A stretch of DNA of 64,000 nt from Gemmatimonadota bacterium (GTDB lineage: Bacteria > Gemmatimonadota > Gemmatimonadetes > Palauibacterales > Palauibacteraceae). A program made the translations under genes and the position numbers. The notes below the pieces were generated by a model that made no database searches, was not told the origin of the DNA, and was given only the letters and a program-made list of their open reading frames with translations. Below are positions 38,743 through 50,809 of the stretch, one piece after another. Position 1 is the first letter of the stretch, and every line of letters starts with the position of its first letter. The DNA is taken from positions 1 through 64,000 of the forward strand of contig OZ220691.1 in NCBI GenBank assembly GCA_965116475.1. The letters run 5' to 3'.

Positions 38743-39731
38743 CGGCGCGCCGCCGTCGTGGTATCGGGGGGCGCCGCCACGCTGTCCGGAGGGGTGACCG
38801 CCGTCGTGGTGTCCGGGGGCGCCGCCGTGGTGTCCGGTGGGACCGCCGCTGCCGTCGTGTCGGGCAACGCCTCCACGCTGTCCGGCACAGCCGCCGTGCT
38901 GTCCGCCGCCGCCGAATCCTGCGCCGGAAGCACGTCCGGATCGATCCCCTCCGCCCCAAGGTCGGTCTCTGCGGCCGCAGGATCGGTCTCCACGGCCCCC
39001 GGATCGACGCCCGCCGCGGCCGAGTCCCCTGCCGCCGGGTCAATCTCCGCCGCGGTCGAGTCCCCCAGGGCCGGATCGTCCGTGACCGGCTCCGAGGCAA
39101 CCGCCTCCCCCTCCGTGTCCCCGGCCGGCACCGGCGGCAGGGGGACGGACTCCGTGAAGGCGACTCCGGGGAGCATCTCGCCTTCCTGATTCAGGACGAT
39201 GATCGAGTCGAGCGCCGGGTCCGATTCGAACCCCGTCCCCTCGAGCGTCAGCCCCTCGACCCCCCGAAGGAGCCGGAATGCGGTATCGCCGTACAGGCGA
39301 CCCTCCAGGTTCCGATATTCGAGCCGCTCCGTCTCGAGACGCTGATCGTCCACCCGGTCTTCCACGACCACCTGCCGTTCGGCGTCGAGGTCCCCGCTGA
39401 GTTGGTAGAAGATCCCGAACTCCGCGGTGACTTCGGTCGATTCCAAGCCGCTCACATCGAAGAAAGTCAGGGTCATCCGCCGCAGGTGAATCTCGTTCCC
39501 CTCGCGCCATTCCGCCGTGTCGGCCTCCACGACGGCGCGCCGGATCCCATCGCGCGTGACGAACGTCCGCATCCCCTGCACCGCGGTATCCACCCCTTCG
39601 GGCAGCGGTTCGCTCGCGGTCGGAGGCCCATCGCCGGACCCGCACGCGGCGAAAAAGGGCAGTACCGACACCCAGGCGAACAGACCGAGCGCGCCATCGC
39701 GCCCCGCGCACCCCTGCCTTTCAACCCGCAA
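38739..39731 (-). CDS. lptC: LPS export protein LptC with a long acidic D(S/T)-repeat tail
   Basis: Lipobox-like FAAC, LptC-like core (ADTA, L.TERL.Y, G.GFESD), located between kdsC and lptA-like. Start uncertain. Confidence 0.78.
   Translation of the reverse strand: MRVERQGCAGRDGALGLFAWVSVLPFFAACGSGDGPPTASEPLPEGVDTAVQGMRTFVTRDGIRRAVVEADTAEWREGNEIHLRRMTLTFFDVSGLESTEVTAEFGIFYQLSGDLDAERQVVVEDRVDDQRLETERLEYRNLEGRLYGDTAFRLLRGVEGLTLEGTGFESDPALDSIIVLNQEGEMLPGVAFTESVPLPPVPAGDTEGEAVASEPVTDDPALGDSTAAEIDPAAGDSAAAGVDPGAVETDPAAAETDLGAEGIDPDVLPAQDSAAADSTAAVPDSVEALPDTTAAAVPPDTTAAPPDTTTAVTPPDSVAAPPDTTTAARR
38742..39130 (-). repeat. Coding PD(T/S)(T/V)AA repeat tail of LptC
   Basis: ...[48 protein letters not shown]. 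Boundaries approximate. Confidence 0.8.
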
Positions 39732-40284
39732 ACCGTCCTCCTTCCCGGAACTCCGTCACCAGCCTCTCCCACTCCCCCCGAGCCACGAGCAGGGCCTCCG
39801 CGAATTCGCGCACGGCCCCCTCCCCGCCCGGCACGGTCCCTACCCATGCCGCGCTCGCTCGGACCTCGGGCACGGCGCCGACGACGGCCGCCGGCAAGCC
39901 CACCCGTTCCATCACGGCCAGGTCCGTGAGGTCGTCGCCAAGGTGCGCGGCCTGGTCCCATGTGCAACCGCGCCGCGCGAGCATACCCCGAAGCGCCGAA
40001 AGCTTTCCCTTCCGGGAACCGAGCGAAATCTCCGCGATATCCAGCTCCCGCGCCCGCAGGCGGACCGCGGCCGACCGCTTGCCGCTGAGGAACGCGACCA
40101 CGAGTCCCGCCCGCTGCATCATCCGGATCGCCAGGCCATCGAGGGCGTGAAAGCGGCGCAGATCCCGTGGGGCGCTGAGGTCCGAGTCCGCGCCCACCCA
40201 GATCGAACCGTCCGTGAGCACGCCGTCCACGTCCAGCGACACGAAGCGAACGGACTCCGCCAGTCGGCGATCCAGCGGATTCAT
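39721..40284 (-). CDS. kdsC: KDO 8-phosphate phosphatase (HAD)
   Basis: LDVDGVLTDG, GDDLTDL, GG.GAVRE. Confidence 0.93.
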   Translation of the reverse strand: MNPLDRRLAESVRFVSLDVDGVLTDGSIWVGADSDLSAPRDLRRFHALDGLAIRMMQRAGLVVAFLSGKRSAAVRLRARELDIAEISLGSRKGKLSALRGMLARRGCTWDQAAHLGDDLTDLAVMERVGLPAAVVGAVPEVRASAAWVGTVPGGEGAVREFAEALLVARGEWERLVTEFREGGRFAG

Positions 40285-40323
40285 CGGGGTCTCGCAACTC
40301 CAGGGCTCACGGGGATCGGGCTC

Positions 40324-43621
<3,298 letters not shown>

Positions 43622-43662
43622 CGCTGGGAGGGCCGGGAGACGGTCCGGAGCGGCATCGCGAA

Positions 43663-43691
43663 AAGCTAGGCCCACGCTCCAGGGTTGTCAA
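43663..43691 (-). promoter_or_regulatory. Sigma70-type promoter upstream of kdsB
   Basis: On the minus strand: TTGACA (43691-43686), 17 nt spacer, TAGCTT (43668-43663), about 40 nt before the kdsB ATG. Confidence 0.7.
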
Positions 43692-43698
43692 AGAAGAA

Positions 43699-45306
43699 TC
43701 AGCGGGGCGGCGGCATGCGCGTGGGCCGGTGCGACTTGCGCGTCCGCACGTCGATGAACCCGATGAGGCCGGGATCGTCGGGATCGAGCGTGGAACCCGC
43801 CGCGAGCCCGAACTCGAGCTTGAAGTCCCACATCCGGAGGGCCAGCCCGGCTTGTACCGTCGCGTGCAGATCGGTCCCGCTAACCTCTTCGTAGCGTGGA
43901 AACGCGACGACAGCCCCGCTGGTGCGAGCGAACAGGTCGAGGCCGCCGAGCGCCGCGTCGCCGAGGAGCGGGACCGCGTAAGAGGCTTCCGCGTAGGCCA
44001 TCCGCCGAGGGTTCAACCCGCGCAGGGCCACCGTCGGGAGGGTCCCCACCCCGCCCAACGTCGAATACCGCTGGAGCGGCAGGTCGCCGGCGAGATCGGC
44101 CCGCCCGATCGCGAACACCTCCACGGCATGCCCCGCCGGAGTAACGCGTCGAGCGGCGACGCGCCCTTCCACGAGCAGGAAGTCGAACAGGTTCGCGCGG
44201 CCCCCGCCGGGGCCGAGGAGCTCGACGCGGTCGAACTCGTCCTCAAACCCCGCTTCCAGACCGAGGCCGAAGGCCGCAAAGCCGCCGCGATCCTGCAACG
44301 ACCACTCGAAGGCCCCGCGCGCAAACCAAAGGCTCCCCTCATCGATGACGATGGAGGGGGTTCGCTCGAACCACGGGCCCCGGCCTGGGGGGTCGCCTTC
44401 GAACAGAACCGCCACGTCACGCCTGCGCAGAGATTCCGCATCCTCCCACCCCGCCGAGATCGCGAGTCGCCAGCGGGGCGCGTCCTCCCATACCGGCGGC
44501 TCCGGCGACAGCCACTCCAGTTGGACGCCGAATTCCCGGGAGTCGTAGAAGTTGCGGACATCGTTGCCGGCCACAAACTGAGCCAGGCCGTTGTACCACG
44601 TCGGGCGGGTCCATTCCTCGTTGCTGACCACGGCGCTCGTTGCGAACAGGCCGAGCCGGACGCGTTCACCGAGGCGCCACGAGTTGCGGAGGCGGTAGTC
44701 CACGTCTTCCCGGGCGGGGATCCAGGTGAGGCCGCCGGCGAGTTCGGGGCCGCCGGGAACGGTGGAGCTGCGGGCCAGGGCCCCGACCGGCATCGTAAGG
44801 CCGTTCACGCGGTCGTAGGTGGGGAGATGGAAACCGCCGTCGAATTTGAAGATGGGCTCCGGCTCCACCTCGGAGATGATCTCGAACCCGCCGCGCGAGG
44901 GCCGGACGCGCAGCGGCTCGCTCGGACGATAGGTGACGGCCCCCTCGATCTCCGCCACGTCCGAGTCGTAGAACCCGCCTCCGAGCACGAGCACGTCCCC
45001 GGCGATGGACGCGCCGGCGCGAAGGAAGAGGTCGCCGTCGACGACGTAGAGATCGCCCTCGATCCGCCCGGCGATGCGAGCCGTGCCTTCGAGCAGGAGG
45101 ACGGCGCCCGGCACCGTGTCTCCGCGGGCGAGAACCGTGTCCCTCGTCCACACCGTGAAGCCGCCGGCTTCGAGGAAGGCCGCCAGCGCCGCCTGCGCCT
45201 CCGACCGCGGATCCTCGGCCAGCCACACCTCCTGCCCGCTGGCCGGGGCCACCAGGGCGGCGGCCGTCCCCGCGGCGAGCACGACCGCCAGCGCGAGCCG
45301 CTTCAT
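43699..45306 (-). CDS. Exported protein with a bactofilin-like beta-helix N-terminus and a probable outer-membrane beta-barrel
   Basis: Signal MKRLALAVVLAAG..ASGQ, then G.V/I.GD repeats (IAGRIEGDLYVVDGDL..ASIAGDVLVLGG), TYDRVNG and amphipathic beta strands. Confidence 0.65.
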   Translation of the reverse strand: MKRLALAVVLAAGTAAALVAPASGQEVWLAEDPRSEAQAALAAFLEAGGFTVWTRDTVLARGDTVPGAVLLLEGTARIAGRIEGDLYVVDGDLFLRAGASIAGDVLVLGGGFYDSDVAEIEGAVTYRPSEPLRVRPSRGGFEIISEVEPEPIFKFDGGFHLPTYDRVNGLTMPVGALARSSTVPGGPELAGGLTWIPAREDVDYRLRNSWRLGERVRLGLFATSAVVSNEEWTRPTWYNGLAQFVAGNDVRNFYDSREFGVQLEWLSPEPPVWEDAPRWRLAISAGWEDAESLRRRDVAVLFEGDPPGRGPWFERTPSIVIDEGSLWFARGAFEWSLQDRGGFAAFGLGLEAGFEDEFDRVELLGPGGGRANLFDFLLVEGRVAARRVTPAGHAVEVFAIGRADLAGDLPLQRYSTLGGVGTLPTVALRGLNPRRMAYAEASYAVPLLGDAALGGLDLFARTSGAVVAFPRYEEVSGTDLHATVQAGLALRMWDFKLEFGLAAGSTLDPDDPGLIGFIDVRTRKSHRPTRMPPPR

Positions 45307-45845
45307 TCGCCGGCCCTCACGGGCGTCCGCCAGCGGTCCCAGGCGATCACCTCCTCGCGCGGCACCCGCTCCGGCAGCTCCGCCAACCCGTCGTGGTACC
45401 CGAGGCAGAAGAGGGCCACCATCGGGATGTGCTCCGGAACGCCGAGAATCTCCCGCACGTCGCCCTCCTTGAAGCCGTAGACCCAGCTCGACTGCACGCC
45501 GAGGTCCGCCGCCGTCAGCATCATCGTCTGGGTCGCGGAGGCGAGGTCCATGGCGAAGCTCGGCCGGCCCGTGCCGCTCACGTGCGAGTGGATGCGCGCG
45601 CAGCAGGCGACGACAACGGGCGCCGTCTTCACGTGCGGGTGGTTGAAGGCGGCCGCCGCGATCCGGTGGCGGGTCAGCGCCTCCTGCACGACGACGAAGC
45701 GCCACGGTTGTGCCTCCCGGGCGGAGGAGGCGTAGCGGGCCGCCTCCAGCACCGCGTCCACGACGTCGGGTTCGACGAGCCGGTCGCGGAAGCGCCGGAC
45801 CGGACGCCGGTTGCGCGACAGGTGGAGGAGGCGGGTCAACCTCAT
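45303..45845 (-). CDS. Nitroreductase family protein
   Basis: RRPVRRF, EAARYASS..AQPWRFVVV, LTAADLG, LGY. Confidence 0.9.
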   Translation of the reverse strand: MRLTRLLHLSRNRRPVRRFRDRLVEPDVVDAVLEAARYASSAREAQPWRFVVVQEALTRHRIAAAAFNHPHVKTAPVVVACCARIHSHVSGTGRPSFAMDLASATQTMMLTAADLGVQSSWVYGFKEGDVREILGVPEHIPMVALFCLGYHDGLAELPERVPREEVIAWDRWRTPVRAGE

Positions 45846-45869
45846 CGACGCGGCTCACCCACGATGCCG

Positions 45870-46784
45870 TCACCCACGCGGATGGTGGCTGCGGTGCACC
45901 TGGCGCAGGAGCGAGCGGTCCGCGTGCGTGTAGATCTCGGTCGTCGAGATGTCTGCATGTCCGAGCATCTCCTGGACCGACGCGAGGTCGGCGCCTCCCT
46001 CCAGCAGGTGAGTCGCGAAGCTGTGGCGCAGCGTATGGGGCGTCACGCGCTTCAGGATGCCGGCACGCTCGACGCGGCGGCGAAGGATCTTCAAGACGCC
46101 CATCCGGCTCAGCGGACGCCCCCGCGCATTGAGGAAAACGCAACCTTCGGAGTGTCCCCGGTCGAGTTCGGGCCTCAGTGTCTCAAGGTATCGGCCCACC
46201 GCCGAACATGCATACGCGCCGATCGGAACGATTCGCTCCTTCCCGCCCTTCCCGCGCACGCGCACAAAAGCTTCCTCGAGGTCGACATCTCTCCCCTTCA
46301 ACGACAGGAGTTCCGAAACGCGGAGCCCGCAGCCGTAGAGGATCTCGAACATGGCGTTATCCCGAGGCACCGCGCGGCCCTCCGGGTCGCCCGCCCCGAT
46401 CAGCGCCTCGATCTCGTGGACGGACAGCACGTCCGGGAGAGGGCGGCCCGCGCGTGGCGCCTCGAGGCGCTCGCTCGGATCGGCCTCGAGGGCGCCCTCG
46501 ACGACGAGGAAGCGGAAGTAGCCGCGCAGCGCGTAGACGCTCCGCGCGACGGTCGAGGCCGCCCGCCCCTCGCCGGCGAGCCGCGCCACGTGGTCGCGAA
46601 GCAGCCCGTACGTGACGCCGCCCGGCTCCGCGACGCCCTCCGAGGCCGCGAACGCCGCGAAGCGCCGCGCCTCGCGCAGATATGCGTCGATGGTGCGCGG
46701 AGAGAGTCCACGTTCGAAGCCGAGGTGGTCCCGGAAAGGTTCGAGATGGAAGGCGCGCTCGATGCCGGGGCCCTCTCCCGTCAC
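45870..46784 (-). CDS. xerD: Tyrosine recombinase XerD
   Basis: ERGLSPRTIDAY, LYGCGLRVSE, GKGGKERIVP, PHTLRHSFATHLLEGGADL..VQEMLGH.DISTTEIYTH, HPR end. GTGA overlap with dedA. Confidence 0.88.
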   Translation of the reverse strand: MTGEGPGIERAFHLEPFRDHLGFERGLSPRTIDAYLREARRFAAFAASEGVAEPGGVTYGLLRDHVARLAGEGRAASTVARSVYALRGYFRFLVVEGALEADPSERLEAPRAGRPLPDVLSVHEIEALIGAGDPEGRAVPRDNAMFEILYGCGLRVSELLSLKGRDVDLEEAFVRVRGKGGKERIVPIGAYACSAVGRYLETLRPELDRGHSEGCVFLNARGRPLSRMGVLKILRRRVERAGILKRVTPHTLRHSFATHLLEGGADLASVQEMLGHADISTTEIYTHADRSLLRQVHRSHHPRG

Positions 46785-47413
46785 GAAGCGTCCTCCTCGC
46801 GCCGGCTTCGGATCCACCAGGTGACAATGGCGCCGATGAGGATGACGGCTACGACGAGGAGCCAGGCGTTGACCTGGCCGAGGAGCTCCAGCAGGCGGTC
46901 CACGTTGCGCGAGGCGAACAGCCCTCCCGCCAGCATGAGCGCGTTCCAGAGCAGCGACGCGGCGACGACCGGGGCCATCGCCCGCACCGCGCCCAGTCCC
47001 GTGAATCCCGCGAAGGTAGGGACGACCACGCGCAGGACCGGAAGGCAGCGGGCGAAGAAGATGGCCCATAACCCGTGCCGTTCGTAAAAGCGGGCGAGAC
47101 GCTCGAACTGGTGCGGGCGGAGGAGGCGCCGGCCCCAGCGGGTCTCGAACGCGCTGCGACCGCGCCGGCGCGCGAGTCCGAACACGACCATGGCGCCACC
47201 GGAGTTCGCGATCCACGCGCAGAGGAGTACGGGGAGGGGCTGCAACGATCCGCGGTCCGCCAGCACGGCGCCGAGCACCACGAACGTGTCCGAGGGGACG
47301 GGGGGAAAGATGTTCTCGAGGGCGGACCCCGCGGTGATGAGCGCGTAGGCGGTGAGCGCCGGGAGGGCGAGGAGAAAGTCGAGGAGGGGTTGAACGCCGG
47401 GAACCTCAGACAC
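46781..47413 (-). CDS. DedA family membrane protein
   Basis: ENIFPPVPSD, FYERHG..IFFARCLP.LR, SLLW. Confidence 0.9.
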   Translation of the reverse strand: MSEVPGVQPLLDFLLALPALTAYALITAGSALENIFPPVPSDTFVVLGAVLADRGSLQPLPVLLCAWIANSGGAMVVFGLARRRGRSAFETRWGRRLLRPHQFERLARFYERHGLWAIFFARCLPVLRVVVPTFAGFTGLGAVRAMAPVVAASLLWNALMLAGGLFASRNVDRLLELLGQVNAWLLVVAVILIGAIVTWWIRSRREEDAS

Positions 47414-47894
47414 CGTCCCCCGCAGCCGGGGTCACCGTCGCGACCGCGATGGCGGCGAGGCCCTCGCCCCGTCCGATCCACCCCATCCCCTCGTTCGACT
47501 TCCCCTTGATCGACACCCCGGCCGCCCCCGTGCCCAGCGCCGCGCCGAGCCGCTCCCGCATGGCCGCGGCGTGCGGCAGGATGCGGGGCCGCTCGGCGAT
47601 GACGGTCACGTCGACGTTTCCGACCCGGCATCCCTTCTCGCGCAGCCGGCGCACCGCCGAGGCGAGGAGTTCGACGGAGTCGGCGCCCGCGTAAGCCGGG
47701 TCCGTATCCGGGAAGAGCGCGCCGATGTCCCCGAGGCCCGCCGCGCCCAGGACCGCATCGGTGATCGCGTGCGCGACCGCGTCCCCATCGGAGTGCCCCT
47801 TCAGGCCGGGAGCGTCGGGGATCGTCACCCCCCCCAGCACGAGGGGGCGCGCCTCGTCGAAACGGTGGGAATCGTACCCGACGCCCGTCCGCAC
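47406..47894 (-). CDS. ispF: 2-C-methyl-D-erythritol 2,4-cyclodiphosphate synthase
   Basis: G.GYDSHRF, GHSDGD..HA..DA.LGA..GDIG..FP, KGKSNE.MG..GRGEG. Confidence 0.96.
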   Translation of the reverse strand: MRTGVGYDSHRFDEARPLVLGGVTIPDAPGLKGHSDGDAVAHAITDAVLGAAGLGDIGALFPDTDPAYAGADSVELLASAVRRLREKGCRVGNVDVTVIAERPRILPHAAAMRERLGAALGTGAAGVSIKGKSNEGMGWIGRGEGLAAIAVATVTPAAGDGV

Positions 47895-47916
47895 CGGACG
47901 AACCTCCCCGGCTTGG

Positions 47917-48321
47917 CTAGCCTCGCCCCGTGCCCAGGATGCGGAGGGCGAGGTGGGCCGCGTTCTTCGCGTTGTCGATGCCCACGGCGGCGACGGGGAC
48001 GCCCGGCGGCATCTGCGCGCACGACAGGAGCGCGTCGAGCCCTCCGAGCGTGCCCGCGGAGACAGGGACGCCGATCACCGGCAGCGAGGTGTGGGCCGCC
48101 ACGACGCCGGGGAGCGCCGCCGACAGCCCCGCCCCGCAGATCACGACGGAATGGCCGGCCGCCGCCGCCCCCTCCGCCAACTCCGCGGTTCGCTTCGGCT
48201 GCCGGTGGGCCGAACTCACCTCGACCTGCACCTCGACCCCGTGTTCGCGAAGGATCGCCACGCCCTTCTCCATCGTGGGCATGTCCGATTCCGACCCCAT
48301 CATCACCAGTACCGAACTCAT
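47917..48321 (-). CDS. purE: N5-CAIR mutase
   Basis: MGSESD, SAHR, AG.SAALPG, PVIGVP, QMPPGVPVA, NAA. Confidence 0.95.
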   Translation of the reverse strand: MSSVLVMMGSESDMPTMEKGVAILREHGVEVQVEVSSAHRQPKRTAELAEGAAAAGHSVVICGAGLSAALPGVVAAHTSLPVIGVPVSAGTLGGLDALLSCAQMPPGVPVAAVGIDNAKNAAHLALRILGTGRG

Positions 48322-48331
48322 CGCATCCCCT

Positions 48332-49594
48332 CTAGTTGCCGTTCCAGCGCCGGACGGCCAGGCAGACGTTGTGGCCGCCGAACCCGAAGGAATTCGAGAG
48401 CGCGACCTCGACCTCCCGTTCCAGCACGCCCGCATGGGCGTATTCGAGATCGCACTCGGGATCCGCTTCTTCGAAGTTGATCGTGGGCGGGATGATCCCG
48501 TGCCGGCAGACGAGGACGGAGATCGCCCCTTCTATGGCCCCCGCCGCCCCGAGCGTGTGTCCGGTCATCGATTTCGTCGAGCCCACGACGATCGAGTACG
48601 CGTGGTCGCCCAGGACATCCTTGATGGCTTTCGTCTCCGAGACGTCGTTGGCGGGCGTCGACGTGCCGTGCGCGTTGATGTACCCGACGTCCGCCGGGTC
48701 GAGCCCCGCGTCGTCGAGCGCCTGTTCCATGGCGAGCCGCGCTCCGGAGCCATCCGGCGCCGGCGCCGTCATGTGGTAGGCGTCCGCGCTCTGCCCGAAG
48801 CCCGCCACCTCCCCGAGAATCGTCGCCCCGCGCGCCTTCGCGTGTTCGAGTTCCTCGAGTATGAACATCCCCGCGCCTTCCCCGAGCACGAACCCGTCGC
48901 GGTGCGCGTCGAACGGGCGCGAGGCCCGCTTCGGATCGTCGTTGCGCGTGGACATCGCCCGCATGTTCGCGAAGCCCGCGACCGCGAGCGGCGTGATCGT
49001 GGATTCGCTGCCCCCCGTGATCATCACGTCGGCCTCGCCGTTTCGGATCGAACGGAAGGCCAGCCCGACGGAATGGCCGCTGGAGGCGCAGGCCGAAACC
49101 GTCGCATAGTTGGGGCCCTGCGCCCCGTACCGCATCGACACCATCCCCGAAGCCATGTCGGGGATGAACATGGGGATGAAGAAGGGGGAGACGCGCCGCG
49201 GCCCGCCGCCGAGCAGCCTTTCGTGCTGGGCCTCGAGCAGCGGGAGCCCGCCGATCCCGACGCCGATGAGCACGCCGACCCGATCCGGGGGCAGCTCTCC
49301 GAAGCCCTCGGCGAACCCCGCCTGGGCCACGGCCTGCTCCGCCGCGGCCATCGCGAAGTGCAGGAACCGGTCCGCCCGGCGGGCGTCCTTCCGGTCCATG
49401 TACTTCGCCGGGTCGAAGTCCTTCACCTCGCAGGCGAAGCGCACCGACTGGTCGGACGCGTCGAACTGCGTGATGGCCCCCGCGCCGCTCACGCCGCCGA
49501 GGAGGGCGTCCCAGGTCGAGTCCGGATCGAGCCCGATCGGCGTGACCAGGCCGATCCCCGTGATCGCTACGCGTCTCTTCATGAGACTGCTCAT
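48332..49594 (-). CDS. fabF: 3-oxoacyl-ACP synthase II
   Basis: RRVAITGIG, SACASS (catalytic Cys), NAHGTST, KSMTGH.LGAAG, SNSFGFGGHN. Alternative start at 49582. Confidence 0.97.
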   Translation of the reverse strand: MSSLMKRRVAITGIGLVTPIGLDPDSTWDALLGGVSGAGAITQFDASDQSVRFACEVKDFDPAKYMDRKDARRADRFLHFAMAAAEQAVAQAGFAEGFGELPPDRVGVLIGVGIGGLPLLEAQHERLLGGGPRRVSPFFIPMFIPDMASGMVSMRYGAQGPNYATVSACASSGHSVGLAFRSIRNGEADVMITGGSESTITPLAVAGFANMRAMSTRNDDPKRASRPFDAHRDGFVLGEGAGMFILEELEHAKARGATILGEVAGFGQSADAYHMTAPAPDGSGARLAMEQALDDAGLDPADVGYINAHGTSTPANDVSETKAIKDVLGDHAYSIVVGSTKSMTGHTLGAAGAIEGAISVLVCRHGIIPPTINFEEADPECDLEYAHAGVLEREVEVALSNSFGFGGHNVCLAVRRWNGN

Positions 49595-49643
49595 GAAACG
49601 GAAGGCCCGCGGGCGCCGGCGGCCCGCACGGGAGCCTCGATTG

Positions 49644-49874
49644 CTAGGCCTTCTCGTTCAGGTACGCGATGGCCTCCTCGACCGTCTGCATTCTCTCGGC
49701 GTCCTCATCCGGGATCTCGATCCCGAACTCCTCCTCGAAAGCCATCACGAGTTCGACGGTATCGAGCGAGTCGGCGCCCAGATCATCGACGAAGTTCGCG
49801 TCGTCCACCACCTTCTCCTGCTCCACGCCGAGTTCCTGGGCGATGATCTCCCGCACGCGTGCCGCGTTGTCCAT
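49644..49874 (-). CDS. acpP: Acyl carrier protein
   Basis: [29 protein letters not shown]. Confidence 0.98.
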   Translation of the reverse strand: MDNAARVREIIAQELGVEQEKVVDDANFVDDLGADSLDTVELVMAFEEEFGIEIPDEDAERMQTVEEAIAYLNEKA

Positions 49875-49985
49875 GATTGCGTGTTCTCCTTGTATGAAGG
49901 GGACCGACCCGCGGCCCCGCTTTTTCCCCAGCCTTCCCCGACCTTTTCCCGACCCTCTCAGGCGACCGAATATGCGGCGGCGACG

Positions 49986-50729
49986 CTAGGATTGCATGAC
50001 CATCCCGCCGTCGACGACGACTACCTGCCCGGTAACGTACGAAGCCCCGGGACCGACGAGAAATCGCACCACCGTGGCGACATCTTCCGGGGACCCCGGC
50101 CGGCCGAGGGGAATCCTCTCCGACATGGCTTTTTGAACGCTTTCCGGCAGTCCCGAGGTCATGTCGGTCGAGATGAACCCGGGTGCGACCGCGTTGGCTC
50201 GCACCCCGCGACTCGCAAGCTCCTGAGCGACGCTTCGGGTGAGCGAGATCAGGGCGGCTTTGGCCGCCGCATAGTTGGACTGGCCGCGGTTTCCCGTCAA
50301 GCCCACGACGCTGGAGATGTTCACGATGTTTCCGGCGCGCCGTTTCATCATGCCGCGGGCGACGGCCCGCATGAGATAGAAGGCCCCCGACAGATTCGTG
50401 TCGAGCACCGAGCGCCAGTCCTCGTCCTTGAGGCGGAGGAGGATGTTGTCGCGCGTGATTCCCGCGTTGTTCACGAGGATCGTCGCGGCGCCGAGCGTCT
50501 CGGAGACATCCGCGACGAGCCCCTTGCAAGCCTCCGGGTCGGAGATGTCGCACCCGAAGCCCGCATGACCGTCGCCGGGCAGGCCCTCGGCCACCGCCCG
50601 GGCCCGGTCCGCTCCCGTGCCGACCACGGCCACGCGCGCGCCCCCCCGGGCCAGTTCCGCCGCGATCGCGGTCCCGATGCCGCGCGTCGCCCCCGTGACG
50701 ATGGCGATCTCCCCCGTCAGTTCGCTCAT
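49986..50729 (-). CDS. fabG: 3-oxoacyl-ACP reductase
   Basis: TGATRGIG, NNAGITRD, YAAAK, APGFI.TDM. Confidence 0.97.
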   Translation of the reverse strand: MSELTGEIAIVTGATRGIGTAIAAELARGGARVAVVGTGADRARAVAEGLPGDGHAGFGCDISDPEACKGLVADVSETLGAATILVNNAGITRDNILLRLKDEDWRSVLDTNLSGAFYLMRAVARGMMKRRAGNIVNISSVVGLTGNRGQSNYAAAKAALISLTRSVAQELASRGVRANAVAPGFISTDMTSGLPESVQKAMSERIPLGRPGSPEDVATVVRFLVGPGASYVTGQVVVVDGGMVMQS

Positions 50730-50738
50730 TCAGCTCCC

Positions 50739-50803
50739 CTGTGCAGTGCCGGCGTGCGGTGCCAGCGTGCGGTGCCAGCGTGCGGTGTCAGCGTGCGGTG
50801 TCA
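50739..50803. repeat. Intergenic 13-bp tandem repeat, five copies
   Basis: ctgtgcagtgccg / gcgtgcggtgcca / gcgtgcggtgcca / gcgtgcggtgtca / gcgtgcggtgtca, between the fabD stop and the fabG RBS. Confidence 0.9.
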
Positions 50804-50809
50804 TTCGCG

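Noticed and set aside
43699-46143. Apparent long fused ORFs in the ORF track (also 316-2733, 50810-52639, 54111-55712, 56736-59429)
   Set aside because: These are upstream open-frame extensions through neighbouring genes. The real starts are marked by ATGA/GTGA overlaps and family N-termini, with no evidence of frameshift or fusion.
45870-46784. Tyrosine recombinase as a prophage/island integrase
   Set aside because: It has a ~300-aa XerD signature and is translationally coupled among housekeeping genes, with no att sites or mobile cargo.
50739-50803. Possible mini-CRISPR
   Set aside because: The units are 13 bp and directly adjacent with no spacers, and there are no cas genes in the window.
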